DNA of 52,987 bases, from assembly GCA_964611725.1 (NCBI GenBank), contig CAZTBA010000002.1:1-52987 (forward strand). Reading direction: 5' to 3'. Source of the stretch: an uncultured bacterium. Its GTDB lineage: Bacteria; Latescibacterota; CAZTBA01. Numbering within the stretch: position 1 is the first letter of the stretch; the number at the start of each line of letters is the position of its first letter. Positions 1 through 10,834 of the stretch are shown piece after piece. The notes below the pieces were generated by a model that was given only the letters and a program-made list of their open reading frames with translations, did no database searches and was not told the origin of the DNA. The translations under genes were made by a program, and so were the position numbers.

Positions 1-602
1 TCACTGAGCACTCCCTTCTTACGATAGAATTCCTTTATGGGAGCTGTCTCTTCCCTGTAGACCTGCAGCCGTTTCCTTATGGTCTCCTCTTTATAATCCT
101 CCCTCTGGACGACCTTCCCGCCGCAGCGATCACAACTCAGATCATCCTTAGGCGGGTTAAGTTTCGTATTGTAGACGGCGCCACAGCCTTCACATACCCT
201 CCTTGAGGAGAGCCTGTCAACTATAATATCTTCATCGACATCGAGGCTTATAACACAGCCGATTGCTTCCTCGGAACCCCCAAGCAGCTTCTCGAGGCCT
301 TCGGTCTGGGGTATATTTCTGGGGAATCCATCGAGTATAAAGCCTTTGGAACAGTCGTCCCTACTCAGCCTTTCCCCTACCATCTCGACCACAAGCTCGT
401 CCGGCACGAGCTTTCCCGACCTCATAAAACTGGCGGCCTTAAGGCCAAGCTCCGTGCCATCCCTGAGTGCCTCCCTGAGCATATCCCCCGTCGATATATG
501 GGGTATCCCGAAACTGGACTTGAGCCTTTCAGCCTGGGTCCCTTTGCCCGAACCCGGAGGTCCCAGAAGGATCATACAGGTCTTACCGGAAACCTTGCTC
601 AC
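1..602 (-). CDS. adk: Adenylate kinase (3' end runs off window)
   Basis: Hand translation: GTG at 602 overlaps the secY stop; MILLGPPGSGKGTQA P-loop, HISTGDMLR, LDGFPR, LID RRVCEGC...CDRCGG; standard position after secY. Confidence 0.95.
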   Translation of the reverse strand, partial: MSKVSGKTCMILLGPPGSGKGTQAERLKSSFGIPHISTGDMLREALRDGTELGLKAASFMRSGKLVPDELVVEMVGERLSRDDCSKGFILDGFPRNIPQTEGLEKLLGGSEEAIGCVISLDVDEDIIVDRLSSRRVCEGCGAVYNTKLNPPKDDLSCDRCGGKVVQREDYKEETIRKRLQVYREETAPIKEFYRKKGVLS

Positions 603-1924
603 CTCCTACCCCTTATCTTTCCTTTTTTCATGAACCCTTCATAGTGTCTTATAAGGAGATGGGACTCCACCTGTTGGAGTGTATCCAGGGCAACGCCAAC
701 CACTATAAGGATACCCGTCCCGCCGAAGAAACTTGAGAAAGCGAAGGATATCTCCATATCGAAGATATTCCTCCAGAGGGTTATTATTATCATCGGCATC
801 ACAGCTATAATTGCCAGGAAAACAGCCCCTGGAAAAGAGATCCTCGTAAGTATTGAGTCTATGTAATCGGCGGTTTTCTTCCCGGGCCTGATCCCGGGTA
901 CGAATCCGCCGTATTTCTGCATGTTATCGGCTACCTCGACGGGATTGAAGACAATGGCCGTATAAAAATATGCGAAGAAGACTATGAGGGCTGAGTAGAT
1001 AATCCAGTAAATCACCGAATCGGCCGAGAAATAATCTGCAACATTCCTTACCGCCTCACTTTTGAAGAAGGTGGCAAAGGTCTGTGGTATAAACATTATC
1101 GACTGGGCGAATATTATAGGAATAACTCCCGCGGTATTTACCCTGAGCGGTATATGCGTGCTCTGACCTCCGTAGACCTTTCTGCCGACTACCCTCTTGG
1201 TATATTGTACGGGGATCCTGCGCTGCCCCTGTGTGATATACACTATAGAAGCAACTATAAGGACCATTACGGCGAACAGGAGGACCTCAGGGATGAGGGA
1301 GCGGTTTCCTATCATGTATTGTTTAACTTCGGTAAGGATAGCACTGGGGAAACGTGCTATTATACCTATGAATATTATTAGCGATATGCCGTTTCCTATA
1401 CCTTTCTCAGTTATAAGCTCACCGAACCACATTATGAGCATCGTCCCGGAAGTAACCGTTATCATAACTATAAACCGAAAGCCCCAACCAGGGTCTATAA
1501 CTGCCTCCGGGATTCCACTCTCAAGAAATATAGAGATTCCATAGGACTGTACAGCCGCAAGGAGCACCGTGCCGTAACGGGTGTACTGGGTGATCTTCTT
1601 GCGTCCCTCGGCCCCTTCTTTCTGGAGCTTCTGGAGATATGGTATAACCGATCCGAGGAGCTGGAGTATAATCGACGCGCTTATATAGGGCATTATACCG
1701 AGGGCGAATACGGTGGCCTTTTTGAAGGCACCCCCGACGAACATATCGTAGAGTCCAAAGAGCGTCCCTGAAGCCGTATTCCAATACTCCACCAGCGCCT
1801 GGCTGTTCACTCCAGGAATAGGTATATGTCCCCCCACCCTGTAGATCACAAGCATACCAAGGGTGAAAAGGATTTTCCTCCTCAGATCAGGTATTTTCCA
1901 GCTTGCCTGAAATCCCTTTAGCAC
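599..1924 (-). CDS. secY: Preprotein translocase subunit SecY
   Basis: FALGIMPYISASII, GIGNGISLIIF, PGIRPG, FGGTG motifs. Confidence 0.99.
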   Translation of the reverse strand: MLKGFQASWKIPDLRRKILFTLGMLVIYRVGGHIPIPGVNSQALVEYWNTASGTLFGLYDMFVGGAFKKATVFALGIMPYISASIILQLLGSVIPYLQKLQKEGAEGRKKITQYTRYGTVLLAAVQSYGISIFLESGIPEAVIDPGWGFRFIVMITVTSGTMLIMWFGELITEKGIGNGISLIIFIGIIARFPSAILTEVKQYMIGNRSLIPEVLLFAVMVLIVASIVYITQGQRRIPVQYTKRVVGRKVYGGQSTHIPLRVNTAGVIPIIFAQSIMFIPQTFATFFKSEAVRNVADYFSADSVIYWIIYSALIVFFAYFYTAIVFNPVEVADNMQKYGGFVPGIRPGKKTADYIDSILTRISFPGAVFLAIIAVMPMIIITLWRNIFDMEISFAFSSFFGGTGILIVVGVALDTLQQVESHLLIRHYEGFMKKGKIRGRR

Positions 1925-2364
1925 TATATCACCTCGGCCCTTCCGCCTGCTTTCTCTATCTTCTCCACTGCGCTCCTGCTAAAGGCATTAGCCTTCACAA
2001 CGATCGGCCTCGAAATTTCCCCATCCCCAAGAACTTTGATCGGCAGTCTGAGCTTCTTTATAATCCCGGCTTTCTTCATGGACTCGGGATCAATTTCGGA
2101 TTCGAAATCTCTCCCTTCAATGTCGCTCAGGTTGATTATCTGAAATTCCTCTTTGAAAGGGCTTCCGAAGCCCCTTTTAGGGACCCTTCTCTGGATCGGC
2201 ATCTGTCCTCCCTCGAATCCAAACTTCCTCTTATCACCAGATCGGGACTTCGCACCCTTGCTACCCCTGCCACAAGTCTTGCCATGGCCGGAACCTATTC
2301 CTCTGCCAACCCTTTTCCTAGGTCTGACGGCTCCAGAGACAGGAGCTATCTCGCCCATATTCAT
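1924..2364 (-). CDS. rplO: 50S ribosomal protein L15
   Basis: RVGRGIGSGHGKT, FEGGQMP. Confidence 0.98.
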   Translation of the reverse strand: MNMGEIAPVSGAVRPRKRVGRGIGSGHGKTCGRGSKGAKSRSGDKRKFGFEGGQMPIQRRVPKRGFGSPFKEEFQIINLSDIEGRDFESEIDPESMKKAGIIKKLRLPIKVLGDGEISRPIVVKANAFSRSAVEKIEKAGGRAEVI

Positions 2365-2384
2365 AATGGAACCTTCTCCCTGGT

Positions 2385-2582
2385 TTAAACGGACTCCTCC
2401 ACTACTTCCACAAGGTGCGATACCCTCCTTATCATTCCCCTCATCTGAGGGCCATCGCTGTGGACTACCTCCTGATTCAACCTTCTTATTCCGAGAGCCT
2501 CGAGGGTTCTCTTCTGGACTTTGTTTCTCCCCAAAGCGCTTCGAACTTGCCTCACCCTGAGAACTTTGTTAGTCTTAGACAT
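2385..2582 (-). CDS. rpmD: 50S ribosomal protein L30
   Basis: LRVRQVRS...TLEALGIRR...GMIRRVSHLV; start moved to ATG 2582. Confidence 0.95.
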   Translation of the reverse strand: MSKTNKVLRVRQVRSALGRNKVQKRTLEALGIRRLNQEVVHSDGPQMRGMIRRVSHLVEVVEESV

Positions 2583-2617
2583 TCTCAAATCCTCTGCCCA
2601 GGCCATCCGGCCAAAGG

Positions 2618-3145
2618 CTATTCTCCTTCAAGCTCCTCGTGTCCCCTGACCACAAGCTTCGAAACATCGATCCCCCTTATCCAGGCGACGGTCTGCGGGT
2701 CCTTCAGGCTCAGAAGCCCCTGCATGGTCGCTTTGACGATATTGTGGGGGGTAGAAGATCCAAGTGATTTGGTCAGGATATCCCTGACCCCCAAAGCCTC
2801 AAGCACGGCCCTTACGCCACCCCCGGCGATAACACCCGTTCCGGGGGCAGCCGGCTTAAGAATGACCTTGCTTGCCCCGAAACGCCCTATTATCTCGTGG
2901 GGTATGGTCCCCCTCATCAGAGGTATGGACACAAGGTTCTTCTTCGCCAACTCGGTCGCCTTCCTTATAGCTTCGGAGACATCCCTGGCTTTCCCAAGAC
3001 CGAAGCCCACATGGCCATTCCGATTACCGACAACCACAAGGGCATCCCAGGAACGGTTCCTTCCACCTTTGGTAACTTTGGACACAGGCTTGATATTGAC
3101 AACTATCTCAACAAGCTCTAATTCGTCCGGACTTATCTTAGCCAA
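2618..3145 (-). CDS. rpsE: 30S ribosomal protein S5
   Basis: [22 protein letters not shown]; TTG start. Confidence 0.98.
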   Translation of the reverse strand: MAKISPDELELVEIVVNIKPVSKVTKGGRNRSWDALVVVGNRNGHVGFGLGKARDVSEAIRKATELAKKNLVSIPLMRGTIPHEIIGRFGASKVILKPAAPGTGVIAGGGVRAVLEALGVRDILTKSLGSSTPHNIVKATMQGLLSLKDPQTVAWIRGIDVSKLVVRGHEELEGE

Positions 3146-3175
3146 CCATCCTCCTTTTCTAAGGCCGCTAAATTC

Positions 3176-3547
3176 CTAAAACTCAAGCCCTCCTTGACGT
3201 GATCCCTCAGCAAGAGCTTTAACCCGGCCATGATAGAGGTATCCGCTCCGGTCGAAAACGACCTCAGTTATGTTGATCCCTTTCGCTCTCTTAGCCAAAA
3301 GCTTCCCCACCTCAAAGGCAGCTTCGCATTTACCTTTGATCTCCTTCAGCTTGTCCGCTATGTCAGGAGAAAGCGTTGAGGCACTGATAATCACCCTGCC
3401 CGAGGCATCGTCCACAAGCTGAGCGTAAGTATTGTTCAGGCTCCTGTAAATACAGAGCCTGGGTCTCTCAGCAGTACCGTATAACTTTTTTCTTATGTGC
3501 TTACGCCTTCTTTCCCTCAGAACAAAAGATCCTTTATCTACAGCCAT
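3176..3547 (-). CDS. rplR: 50S ribosomal protein L18
   Basis: [22 protein letters not shown]. Confidence 0.98.
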   Translation of the reverse strand: MAVDKGSFVLRERRRKHIRKKLYGTAERPRLCIYRSLNNTYAQLVDDASGRVIISASTLSPDIADKLKEIKGKCEAAFEVGKLLAKRAKGINITEVVFDRSGYLYHGRVKALAEGSRQGGLEF

Positions 3548-3564
3548 ATCTCAAAAACCCCGGT

Positions 3565-4149
3565 TTAGGCGACAGCAGCCTTGCCAGCTTTATGCCTAAC
3601 GTGCTCTCGCTCGTACCTTATTCCCTTGCCCTTATACGGTTCGGGCGGCCTAAAAGCCCTTATCTCAGCCGCAGCTTCCCCAACTTTCTGCTTATCTATA
3701 CCCCTGACGGTTATGATCGCCTGGACATCAGATAATGCGGAGGCCTCCGCCGAAAGTTCTACCCCTTCAGGAGGCTCATAGAGTATGGTATGGGAGAAGC
3801 CGAGTGAAAGCTTCACATTTTTCCCTTCCATATCAGCCCTGTAGCCTACACCTCTCACCTCAAGCCTCTTCTCGAATCCGTGGCTCACACCTGTAACAGC
3901 ATTGGCCAGGAGCGCACGGATCAGTCCATGGAACCCCCTAACCCGTTTGGTATTACTGAGTACGGAAACCTTTGCGGTCCCATCCGTTAATTCAACCCTT
4001 ATGTCGGGATAAACCGGGACCTCAAGCTGTCCCTTGGGGCCACTGACGACCACCTTATGTTTGCCGATATCAAGCTTGACCCCATCGGGGATATTTACCG
4101 GTTCCTTGCCAATGCGCGACAGCTTTACTTTCTTCTTCTCACCAGACAT
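3565..4149 (-). CDS. rplF: 50S ribosomal protein L6 (start either ATG 4149 or CTG 4122)
   Basis: [24 protein letters not shown]. Confidence 0.96.
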   Translation of the reverse strand: MSGEKKKVKLSRIGKEPVNIPDGVKLDIGKHKVVVSGPKGQLEVPVYPDIRVELTDGTAKVSVLSNTKRVRGFHGLIRALLANAVTGVSHGFEKRLEVRGVGYRADMEGKNVKLSLGFSHTILYEPPEGVELSAEASALSDVQAIITVRGIDKQKVGEAAAEIRAFRPPEPYKGKGIRYEREHVRHKAGKAAVA

Positions 4150-4537
4150 AACAGAGAACCTCTCCGCCAACTCTTGTTTTCCTTGCATCCCTATCGGGGA
4201 AAATCCCCCGGGATGTAGAAATTATAGCGATTCCCATACCGTTCAAAACCCTTGGGATCTCGCCCTTACCCACATATCTCCTCCTACCAGGCCTGCTTAC
4301 CCTCTTGATCCCTCTTATTATACTTTCACCTTTCGGACCATACTTCAGGTAGAGTCTGAGGACATCCTGTTTGTTATCCTCGATATAGGCATAGTTCTTT
4401 ACAAAACCCTCCTCTACAAGGATCCTTACTATCTCACGCTTAAGCTTAGAAGCAGGCACATCAACCTTGCCATGCCTGGCACTACAGGCATTTCTGATCA
4501 TTGTCAACATGTCACCTATGGGATCGGTCACGCTCAC
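4139..4537 (-). CDS. rpsH: 30S ribosomal protein S8
   Basis: [27 protein letters not shown]. Confidence 0.98.
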   Translation of the reverse strand: MSVTDPIGDMLTMIRNACSARHGKVDVPASKLKREIVRILVEEGFVKNYAYIEDNKQDVLRLYLKYGPKGESIIRGIKRVSRPGRRRYVGKGEIPRVLNGMGIAIISTSRGIFPDRDARKTRVGGEVLCYVW

Positions 4538-4572
4538 TTTTATAACCCCCAGACGTAATTCCCTCAGAAAAA

Positions 4573-4758
4573 CTACCAGCTTGCCTTGATTATCCCCGGA
4601 ATCTTTCCTCCCAGGGCCAGCTCACGGAAACAGATGCGACAGAGGCCGAAATCCCTCATGAAACCTCTCGGACGGCCACAACGGTAACACCTGTTCCGCT
4701 TACGGACCTTGAACTTGGGGTTTCTGTTGCCTTTTATTACAAGAGCCTTTCTTGCCAT
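4573..4758 (-). CDS. rpsZ: 30S ribosomal protein S14, short Zn-ribbon type Z
   Basis: 61 aa, RCYRCGRPR...LCRICFR. Confidence 0.97.
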   Translation of the reverse strand: MARKALVIKGNRNPKFKVRKRNRCYRCGRPRGFMRDFGLCRICFRELALGGKIPGIIKASW

Positions 4759-4766
4759 AAATCTCC

Positions 4767-5312
4767 CTATCTCTTACTGAAGGGAACGCCGATCTCCTTG
4801 AGGAGCTCGAACGCCTCTTCATCAGTTCTGGCAGTTGTCACAATGGTTACGTTCATACCCCTTATCTTGTCTATCGAGTCGTAATCTATTTCGGGGAATA
4901 TAACCTGCTCCTTAATACCGAGTGTGTAATTGCCTCTTCCATCAAAGGATTTCGGGGATAGCCCTCGGAAATCCCTTATCCTGGGCACAGCGAAGTTAAA
5001 GAACCTCTCGAGGAACTCGTACATCCTCTCGCCCCTCAGGGTGACCGCACATCCTATAGGTGTTCCGGCCCTGAGTTTGAAATTCGATATGGACTTCTTG
5101 GCCCTTCTTATCGCAGGTTTCTGTCCGGTTATGACCACCAGATCGGAAACGCTGCCTTCCAGGGCACTGGGGTTCTGTATAGCCTCGCCGACCCCAATAT
5201 TTACAATCACCTTTTCGATATGGGGTACCTGCATCCTGTTACCATATCCGAGCCTCTCCATGAGGGCCGGGACTATTTCTTCATTATACCTTAGCCTCAA
5301 ACCAGACGGCAT
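4767..5312 (-). CDS. rplE: 50S ribosomal protein L5
   Basis: [21 protein letters not shown]. Confidence 0.98.
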   Translation of the reverse strand: MPSGLRLRYNEEIVPALMERLGYGNRMQVPHIEKVIVNIGVGEAIQNPSALEGSVSDLVVITGQKPAIRRAKKSISNFKLRAGTPIGCAVTLRGERMYEFLERFFNFAVPRIRDFRGLSPKSFDGRGNYTLGIKEQVIFPEIDYDSIDKIRGMNVTIVTTARTDEEAFELLKEIGVPFSKR

Positions 5313-5328
5313 CTCATACCACCTTTAT

Positions 5329-5652
5329 CTACGACCTGTTCTCCTCTATTACCTCACCACATCTATGGCACTTTCTCAGACGTGTCCCGTCAGCCTGTCT
5401 CCTTATCTTTGCCCTGGCAGGATTGTCACAGCTTGGGCATATAAGCATAAGATTCGAGACATTGAGGGGAGCTTCCTTCTCCAACCTTCCGCCCTGCTGG
5501 TTAACTCTTGTGGGCCTCGTGTGCCTCACTATGAAGTTCACACCCTCAACTATAACGCGGTTATCCTTCGGGAAAACCTTCAAAACTTTCCCGCGTTTAC
5601 CCCGCCCATCCCCGGAGATAACCTGGACAGTATCGCCCTTTCCTATCTTCAT
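5329..5652 (-). CDS. rplX: 50S ribosomal protein L24
   Basis: KGDTVQVISG, VEGVN, EAPLNVSN; carries CxxC...CxxC. Confidence 0.98.
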   Translation of the reverse strand: MKIGKGDTVQVISGDGRGKRGKVLKVFPKDNRVIVEGVNFIVRHTRPTRVNQQGGRLEKEAPLNVSNLMLICPSCDNPARAKIRRQADGTRLRKCHRCGEVIEENRS

Positions 5653-5668
5653 AATCGTTCATCCTCTT

Positions 5669-6043
5669 TCAGATCACCTCGGCTGCCAGAGAGATTATCC
5701 TCATATATTGCTTTTCCCTAAGCTCTCTGGCAACAGGACCAAATATCCTCGTGCCCCTCGGTTCGTTCCCGACTGTTATGAGGACAGCGGCATTATCATC
5801 GAAACGGATCAGCGATCCATCTTTCCTCTTAGTGCTCTTCTTGGTCCTCACTATAACCGCCTTCACCACTTCGCCCTCCTTCACCGGACTGTTGGGCAGG
5901 GCATCCTTAACAGACGCAACAATGACGTCCCCGATCCCGGCGTAACGACGGCGCGTTCCCCCCAAGACCTTGATGCACATTATTTTTTTTGCTCCGGTAT
6001 TATCAGCAACCCTTAAGGTAGAATAAGCCTGGATCATCCCCAT
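5669..6043 (-). CDS. rplN: 50S ribosomal protein L14 (start may be ATG 6037)
   Basis: [20 protein letters not shown]. Confidence 0.98.
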   Translation of the reverse strand: MGMIQAYSTLRVADNTGAKKIMCIKVLGGTRRRYAGIGDVIVASVKDALPNSPVKEGEVVKAVIVRTKKSTKRKDGSLIRFDDNAAVLITVGNEPRGTRIFGPVARELREKQYMRIISLAAEVI

Positions 6044-6054
6044 CCCCTATATAT

Positions 6055-6324
6055 TTACAGAACATCACCGCTTGACAATACCCTGGTAACCTTCCATCTC
6101 TTCATCTTGCTCAAAGGTCTGTTTTCCGCGAGCTCGACGATATCCCCAGCCTTGGCTGTATTATCCTCATCGTGGGCCATAACCTTGGAAGATCGCTTCA
6201 CGATTTTCTCGTAAAGGGGGTGCCTGAAGCTTCTCTCAACCTTCACCACAACGGTTTTGTTCATCTTATCACTTACGACCTGACCTGTGATTATCTTTCT
6301 CCTACTTCTATTAGCCTCCGTCAT
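6055..6324 (-). CDS. rpsQ: 30S ribosomal protein S17
   Basis: [22 protein letters not shown]. Confidence 0.98.
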   Translation of the reverse strand: MTEANRSRRKIITGQVVSDKMNKTVVVKVERSFRHPLYEKIVKRSSKVMAHDEDNTAKAGDIVELAENRPLSKMKRWKVTRVLSSGDVL

Positions 6325-6587
6325 TTTTCCCTCTTGTCATCTGAGGAGCTGTCAGAGCCTCCTTCGGAATCCAAAGTAGTCCCCCTGAGGTTCCTTATGT
6401 TCATCTCATGCTCATGCAGCAAGGTTTTAAGTCTGGCTATCTCGCGTCTCAAATGCCTTATCCTCAGCGGGTTATTCAGACGGCCGGTGGCCATGCTGAT
6501 CCTGAGATTTACCAGACTGTCCTGACTCTCTTTAATCTGGGATTCCAGCTCATTCAAGGTCATATTTCGCATCTCACTGGTCTTCAT
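6321..6587 (-). CDS. rpmC: 50S ribosomal protein L29 with C-terminal extension
   Basis: [19 protein letters not shown]; position between rplP and rpsQ. Confidence 0.95.
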   Translation of the reverse strand: MKTSEMRNMTLNELESQIKESQDSLVNLRISMATGRLNNPLRIRHLRREIARLKTLLHEHEMNIRNLRGTTLDSEGGSDSSSDDKREK

Positions 6588-6588
6588 A

Positions 6589-7002
6589 TCAATCTTCCTC
6601 TCTTTCTATAAACTTGGTCTTGATAGAAAGCTTAGATCCAGCGAGCCTCATTGCCTCCTGCGCAAGCTCATGCGTCACACCAGCGACCTCGAAGATAATT
6701 CTGCCAGGTTTCACGACGGCAACCCAGTACTCCGGGGATCCCTTGCCCTTGCCCATCCTCGTCTCAGCAGGCTTAACCGTCACAGGTTTCGATGGGAAGA
6801 CTCTTATCCAGACCTTTCCTCCCCTCTGAAGGTGTCTTGTGAGCGCTACACGGGCCGCCTCTATCTGACGGCTGGTAATCCAGCCAGGTTCAAGGGTCTT
6901 AAGGGCGTAGTCTCCAAACGAGATCGCGCTACCTCTCGTGGCCACCCCTTTCATTCTCCCCCTCTGTTCCTTCCTGTGCTTAACCCTCTTTGGCATTAAC
7001 AT
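6589..7002 (-). CDS. rplP: 50S ribosomal protein L16
   Basis: [15 protein letters not shown]. Confidence 0.98.
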   Translation of the reverse strand: MLMPKRVKHRKEQRGRMKGVATRGSAISFGDYALKTLEPGWITSRQIEAARVALTRHLQRGGKVWIRVFPSKPVTVKPAETRMGKGKGSPEYWVAVVKPGRIIFEVAGVTHELAQEAMRLAGSKLSIKTKFIEREED

Positions 7003-7026
7003 ATATTTAAACCTCCCAGGCGGATA

Positions 7027-7671
7027 TCACTGTCCTATAGCGCTCAGATCTATAACCTCTCCCTTGCATATCCACACTTTGACCCCTATGGTACCGTAAA
7101 TTGTATATGCCACCGAGCAAGCGTAATCTATATCAGCCCTAAGGGTTTGAAGCGGGACTCTACCCTCTGCGTACCTCTCGGTCCTGGCCATCTCGATTCC
7201 TCCCAGCCTTCCCGAGGAGACGATCCTTATACCGTCAGCCCCCATCCTCACGGCGGTTGCCACAGCCTTCTTCATCGCCCGTCTGAAGTTGACCCTCTGT
7301 TCAAGCTGTCTGGCTACGGTTTCTGAAACGAGTTGGGCGTCTAGCTCGGGGTGTCTGATCTCCTGGATATTTATATGTATCTCCTTCTGAGTCAGATGTT
7401 GCAGCTCATCCCTAAGCCTGTCAACTTCAACCCCTTTTCTCCCAATAACTATACCAGGCCTCGCGGTATGTATGGTGATTACAACTCTCTTGGGAGCTCT
7501 CTCTATTTCGATCCTTGAAACGGCGGCTCTCTGGAGGCGTTCCTTTATATATCTCCGGATCGTGGTATCCTCCCTGAGAAGCTCCGGGAAATCCCTCCTG
7601 GCAAACCACCTTGAATCCCAAGTTTTTATTACACCTAACCTTAATCCGATAGCATTCGTCTTCTGACCCAA
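7027..7671 (-). CDS. rpsC: 30S ribosomal protein S3
   Basis: [23 protein letters not shown]; TTG start. Confidence 0.98.
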   Translation of the reverse strand: MGQKTNAIGLRLGVIKTWDSRWFARRDFPELLREDTTIRRYIKERLQRAAVSRIEIERAPKRVVITIHTARPGIVIGRKGVEVDRLRDELQHLTQKEIHINIQEIRHPELDAQLVSETVARQLEQRVNFRRAMKKAVATAVRMGADGIRIVSSGRLGGIEMARTERYAEGRVPLQTLRADIDYACSVAYTIYGTIGVKVWICKGEVIDLSAIGQ

Positions 7672-7701
7672 GACGGCCTCCTTACCTTACGCCCCATATT
7701 A

Positions 7702-8049
7702 TCAATCCTCCTCAGAGCTGACAACAATGGTTATATGGCTGGCCCTTTTCATTATCCTGTCCGCCCTGCCCATGGCCCTAGGGCGAATCCTCTTCAAGGT
7801 GGGGCCCTCATTAACATAGATTTCGCTCACGATCATATCCTCCATCTCCCCCGAGGGTTCCCCAGATTTCTCAACCGCGTTGGCCACGGCAGAACGTATG
7901 GCCTTCTCCACCGGGAGAGAGGCACCTCTCGGTGAGAAATGGAGAATGTTAAGGGCTTCCCTCACACTCTTGCCCCTGACAAGATCAGCCACAAGTCTGA
8001 CCTTGAAGGGGGAAATCCTTACATATTTGGCTACGGCCTTCCCTGTCAA
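7702..8049 (-). CDS. rplV: 50S ribosomal protein L22
   Basis: [16 protein letters not shown]; TTG start. Confidence 0.98.
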   Translation of the reverse strand: MTGKAVAKYVRISPFKVRLVADLVRGKSVREALNILHFSPRGASLPVEKAIRSAVANAVEKSGEPSGEMEDMIVSEIYVNEGPTLKRIRPRAMGRADRIMKRASHITIVVSSEED

Positions 8050-8110
8050 AATGATCCTCCCACTCTACCAGGAAAACTGAATACTGACTGTGCCCAGATC
8101 CGCACCGAGC

Positions 8111-8398
8111 TTAAGTTGGAGCCGTGCTCCTATCGGTGATATTGCCGCTATGGCTCCTGAAGGTACGGGTTGGTGCGAATTCTCCAAGCTTATGGCCGAC
8201 CATATTTTCTGTAATATAGACCGGTATGAACTTATTCCCATTGTGTACAGCAAGCGTATGCCCCACAAAATCGGGCGTTATCGTGGAACGCCTTGACCAA
8301 GTCTTAACGACTTTCCTCTCGCCGGTAACGTTCATATCGTCTATCTTCTTCTTCAAATTTGGACCCACGTAAGGGCCCTTCTTAAGGGATCGCGCCAT
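8111..8398 (-). CDS. rpsS: 30S ribosomal protein S19
   Basis: [24 protein letters not shown]. Confidence 0.98.
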   Translation of the reverse strand: MARSLKKGPYVGPNLKKKIDDMNVTGERKVVKTWSRRSTITPDFVGHTLAVHNGNKFIPVYITENMVGHKLGEFAPTRTFRSHSGNITDRSTAPT

Positions 8399-8423
8399 AC
8401 TCAGCCTTTCCTCCTATATTTGC

Positions 8424-9248
8424 TCAGGGATTTCTCCTCTTCACTATGAGCCTGTCGGATTGCTTGTAACGTCTTGTCTTATATCCTTTGGTCAGCTTAC
8501 CCCACGGGGTGGAAGGATGTCTGCCACCAGAGCTTTTCCCCTCACCACCACCGAGAGGATGGTCAACGGGATTCATTGCCACACCCCTGACCTTGGGACG
8601 GCGCCCAAGCCAGCGTGACCTGCCACCCTTGCCGATCATCACATTGCTATGATCCAAATTACCGACCTGGCCCATCGTGGCGTAACATTCCTGACGCACG
8701 AGCCTTATCTCCCCGGATGGGAGCTTGAGGTGGACATAATCACCCTCCCTGGCAAGTATCTGCACGGAGGACCCTGCGCTGCGGGCAATCTGTCCCCCCT
8801 TACCCCTTATGAGTTCCACATTATGAACAAACGTGCCAACCGGGATCTTCCCCAGGGGGAGGGCATTTCCAGCCTTAATATCGGCATTCTCTCCCGATGC
8901 TATCACATCCCCGATCGAGAGTTCGTCCGGAGCAATTATATACCTCTTCTCACCATCAGCATACGATAAAAGGGCTATCCGTGCTGACCTGTTAGGGTCA
9001 TACTCGATCGTCTCAATCTTTGCGGGTATGCCGAACTTGTCCCTCTTGAAATCTATCGAGCGGTAGAGCCTCTTATGACCGCCCCCACGGCGGCGCATCG
9101 TCATCCTGCCCAAATTGTTCCTGCCACCGGTCTTCTTAAGGCCTGTGGTCAGGGACTTAACGGGACGCTTAGATGTCAGCTCCTCGAAACTTGATCCTGT
9201 CCTGAACCTCTGACCTGGAGTTATTGGATTATAAGTCTTAATCGCCAT
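8424..9248 (-). CDS. rplB: 50S ribosomal protein L2
   Basis: [19 protein letters not shown]. Confidence 0.99.
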   Translation of the reverse strand: MAIKTYNPITPGQRFRTGSSFEELTSKRPVKSLTTGLKKTGGRNNLGRMTMRRRGGGHKRLYRSIDFKRDKFGIPAKIETIEYDPNRSARIALLSYADGEKRYIIAPDELSIGDVIASGENADIKAGNALPLGKIPVGTFVHNVELIRGKGGQIARSAGSSVQILAREGDYVHLKLPSGEIRLVRQECYATMGQVGNLDHSNVMIGKGGRSRWLGRRPKVRGVAMNPVDHPLGGGEGKSSGGRHPSTPWGKLTKGYKTRRYKQSDRLIVKRRNP

Positions 9249-9251
9249 GCC

Positions 9252-9545
9252 CTACACCCCTTCGAACAGATCTATCTTATCCCCTTCCCCGAGGGTAACT
9301 ATCGCCTTCTTCCAGTTCGGTCTCTTTCCCTCCGGAAACCTTCCAACCCTTCTCCTCTTGCCATGCACTGTGATGGTCTTGACATCTCTAACCTTGACCC
9401 CAAATATCTCTTCAACAGCTACTTTTATCTCCAGTTTATTGGCATTCTTGGCCACTTTAAAAACATATTTGCCCTGGGAATCTTTAAGGTCCGTGGCCTT
9501 TTCGGTGAGGAGTGGCTGATACACTATGTCGCCAGAAACTTTCAC
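9252..9545 (-). CDS. rplW: 50S ribosomal protein L23
   Basis: [14 protein letters not shown]; GTG 9545 overlaps the rplD stop. Confidence 0.96.
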   Translation of the reverse strand: MKVSGDIVYQPLLTEKATDLKDSQGKYVFKVAKNANKLEIKVAVEEIFGVKVRDVKTITVHGKRRRVGRFPEGKRPNWKKAIVTLGEGDKIDLFEGV

Positions 9546-10165
9546 CCGAGAACCTCCTTCAAACTCTCCAGACCCCCCTTTGAGAACAGGACTACATCCG
9601 ACCACAGAAGCTCATAGACCGATACGTCCTTTGCAGGCTTTACCTCAAGTCCGGGAATATTCCTGCAAGATTTCACAACGTTCGGCGAAAGCTCGCTCAG
9701 AAGCAGGATCACTTTCCTGTCCCCTATACCTATGGAATTGAGGATTTGGACCATCTTAGCTGTTTTCGGCTCATCGAAGCTGAGATCTTCTATGGCCATA
9801 ACCGTCCCTTCCCCTGCCTTCGCAGAGAGAGCTGACTTCATGGCAAGCCTTTTTACCTTCTTGGGGACCTTTTGGCTGTAATCACGGGGACTCGGTCCAA
9901 AGGCTACGCCCCCACCGACACGGGTTGGAGACTTGGCAGATCCGGCCCTGGCACGCCCCGTTCCCTTCTGTCTGTACAGTTTCTTCCCACTTAATTCAAC
10001 ATCAGAACGGCTCTTGGTGGAAGCTGTCCCCTGTCTCTGATTAGCCTCATAGGCTTTAACCGTCTGATAGAGGGTCTGCTGAGATATCTTGGAGCCGAAT
10101 ATCTCATCAGGTAGCTCAACCTTACCCGATTTGCTTCCCTCAGTAGTATAGAAATCGACCTCCAT
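9542..10165 (-). CDS. rplD: 50S ribosomal protein L4
   Basis: [25 protein letters not shown]. Confidence 0.98.
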   Translation of the reverse strand: MEVDFYTTEGSKSGKVELPDEIFGSKISQQTLYQTVKAYEANQRQGTASTKSRSDVELSGKKLYRQKGTGRARAGSAKSPTRVGGGVAFGPSPRDYSQKVPKKVKRLAMKSALSAKAGEGTVMAIEDLSFDEPKTAKMVQILNSIGIGDRKVILLLSELSPNVVKSCRNIPGLEVKPAKDVSVYELLWSDVVLFSKGGLESLKEVLG

Positions 10166-10800
10166 TATCCTTTCCCCTCCCCTGTCTTCATCTTTTCGAT
10201 CAGAAGGTAACCATTTCTGGGGCCAGGAATGCCTCCCTTAAGGAGGAGTAGATTCCTCTCGGGATCGATATCTATAACCTCAACACCCGTAGCAGCAACT
10301 GTTACGCCACCCATCCTGCCGGGGAGCTTCTTTCCCTTCCAGACTCGCCCCGGATCGGCGCCTGCCGAAATCCCACCCGGACGTCTGTCCCAGGCGAACC
10401 CATGGCTGGCGGATTTTCCACCACTGAAACCCCACTTCTTGACCACACCGGCAAAACCCTTCCCCTTAGATTTGCCAGATATCTTGACCTTTTCGCCAAT
10501 CTTGAATATCCCGACATCTACAAGGTTTCCAATCTCATAACCCTCGAGATCATTCACCCTGAACTCCTTCAGTACAGTAGTTGGCTCGATCTTCGCTTTC
10601 TCAAAAATGCCTCGAAGCGGTTTGTTAACCTTCTTTGCTTTGCCATGACCGAGTTGAACCGCCGAATATCCATCCTTTTTAGGGGTTCTGACATCGACTA
10701 CGGTACACGGTCCAGCTTCAACAGCGGTAACGGCGACAAGTTCACCACTATCCGCGAAAACCTGAGTCATCCCCAATTTTCTTCCGATAATACCTATCAT
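10165..10800 (-). CDS. rplC: 50S ribosomal protein L3
   Basis: MIGIIGRKLGMTQ (start ATG 10800), SKGKGFAG, PGRV. Confidence 0.97.
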   Translation of the reverse strand: MIGIIGRKLGMTQVFADSGELVAVTAVEAGPCTVVDVRTPKKDGYSAVQLGHGKAKKVNKPLRGIFEKAKIEPTTVLKEFRVNDLEGYEIGNLVDVGIFKIGEKVKISGKSKGKGFAGVVKKWGFSGGKSASHGFAWDRRPGGISAGADPGRVWKGKKLPGRMGGVTVAATGVEVIDIDPERNLLLLKGGIPGPRNGYLLIEKMKTGEGKG

Positions 10801-10834
10801 GGTTCTCCCAATCACAGAAGCTGAAAGCTCTAAC

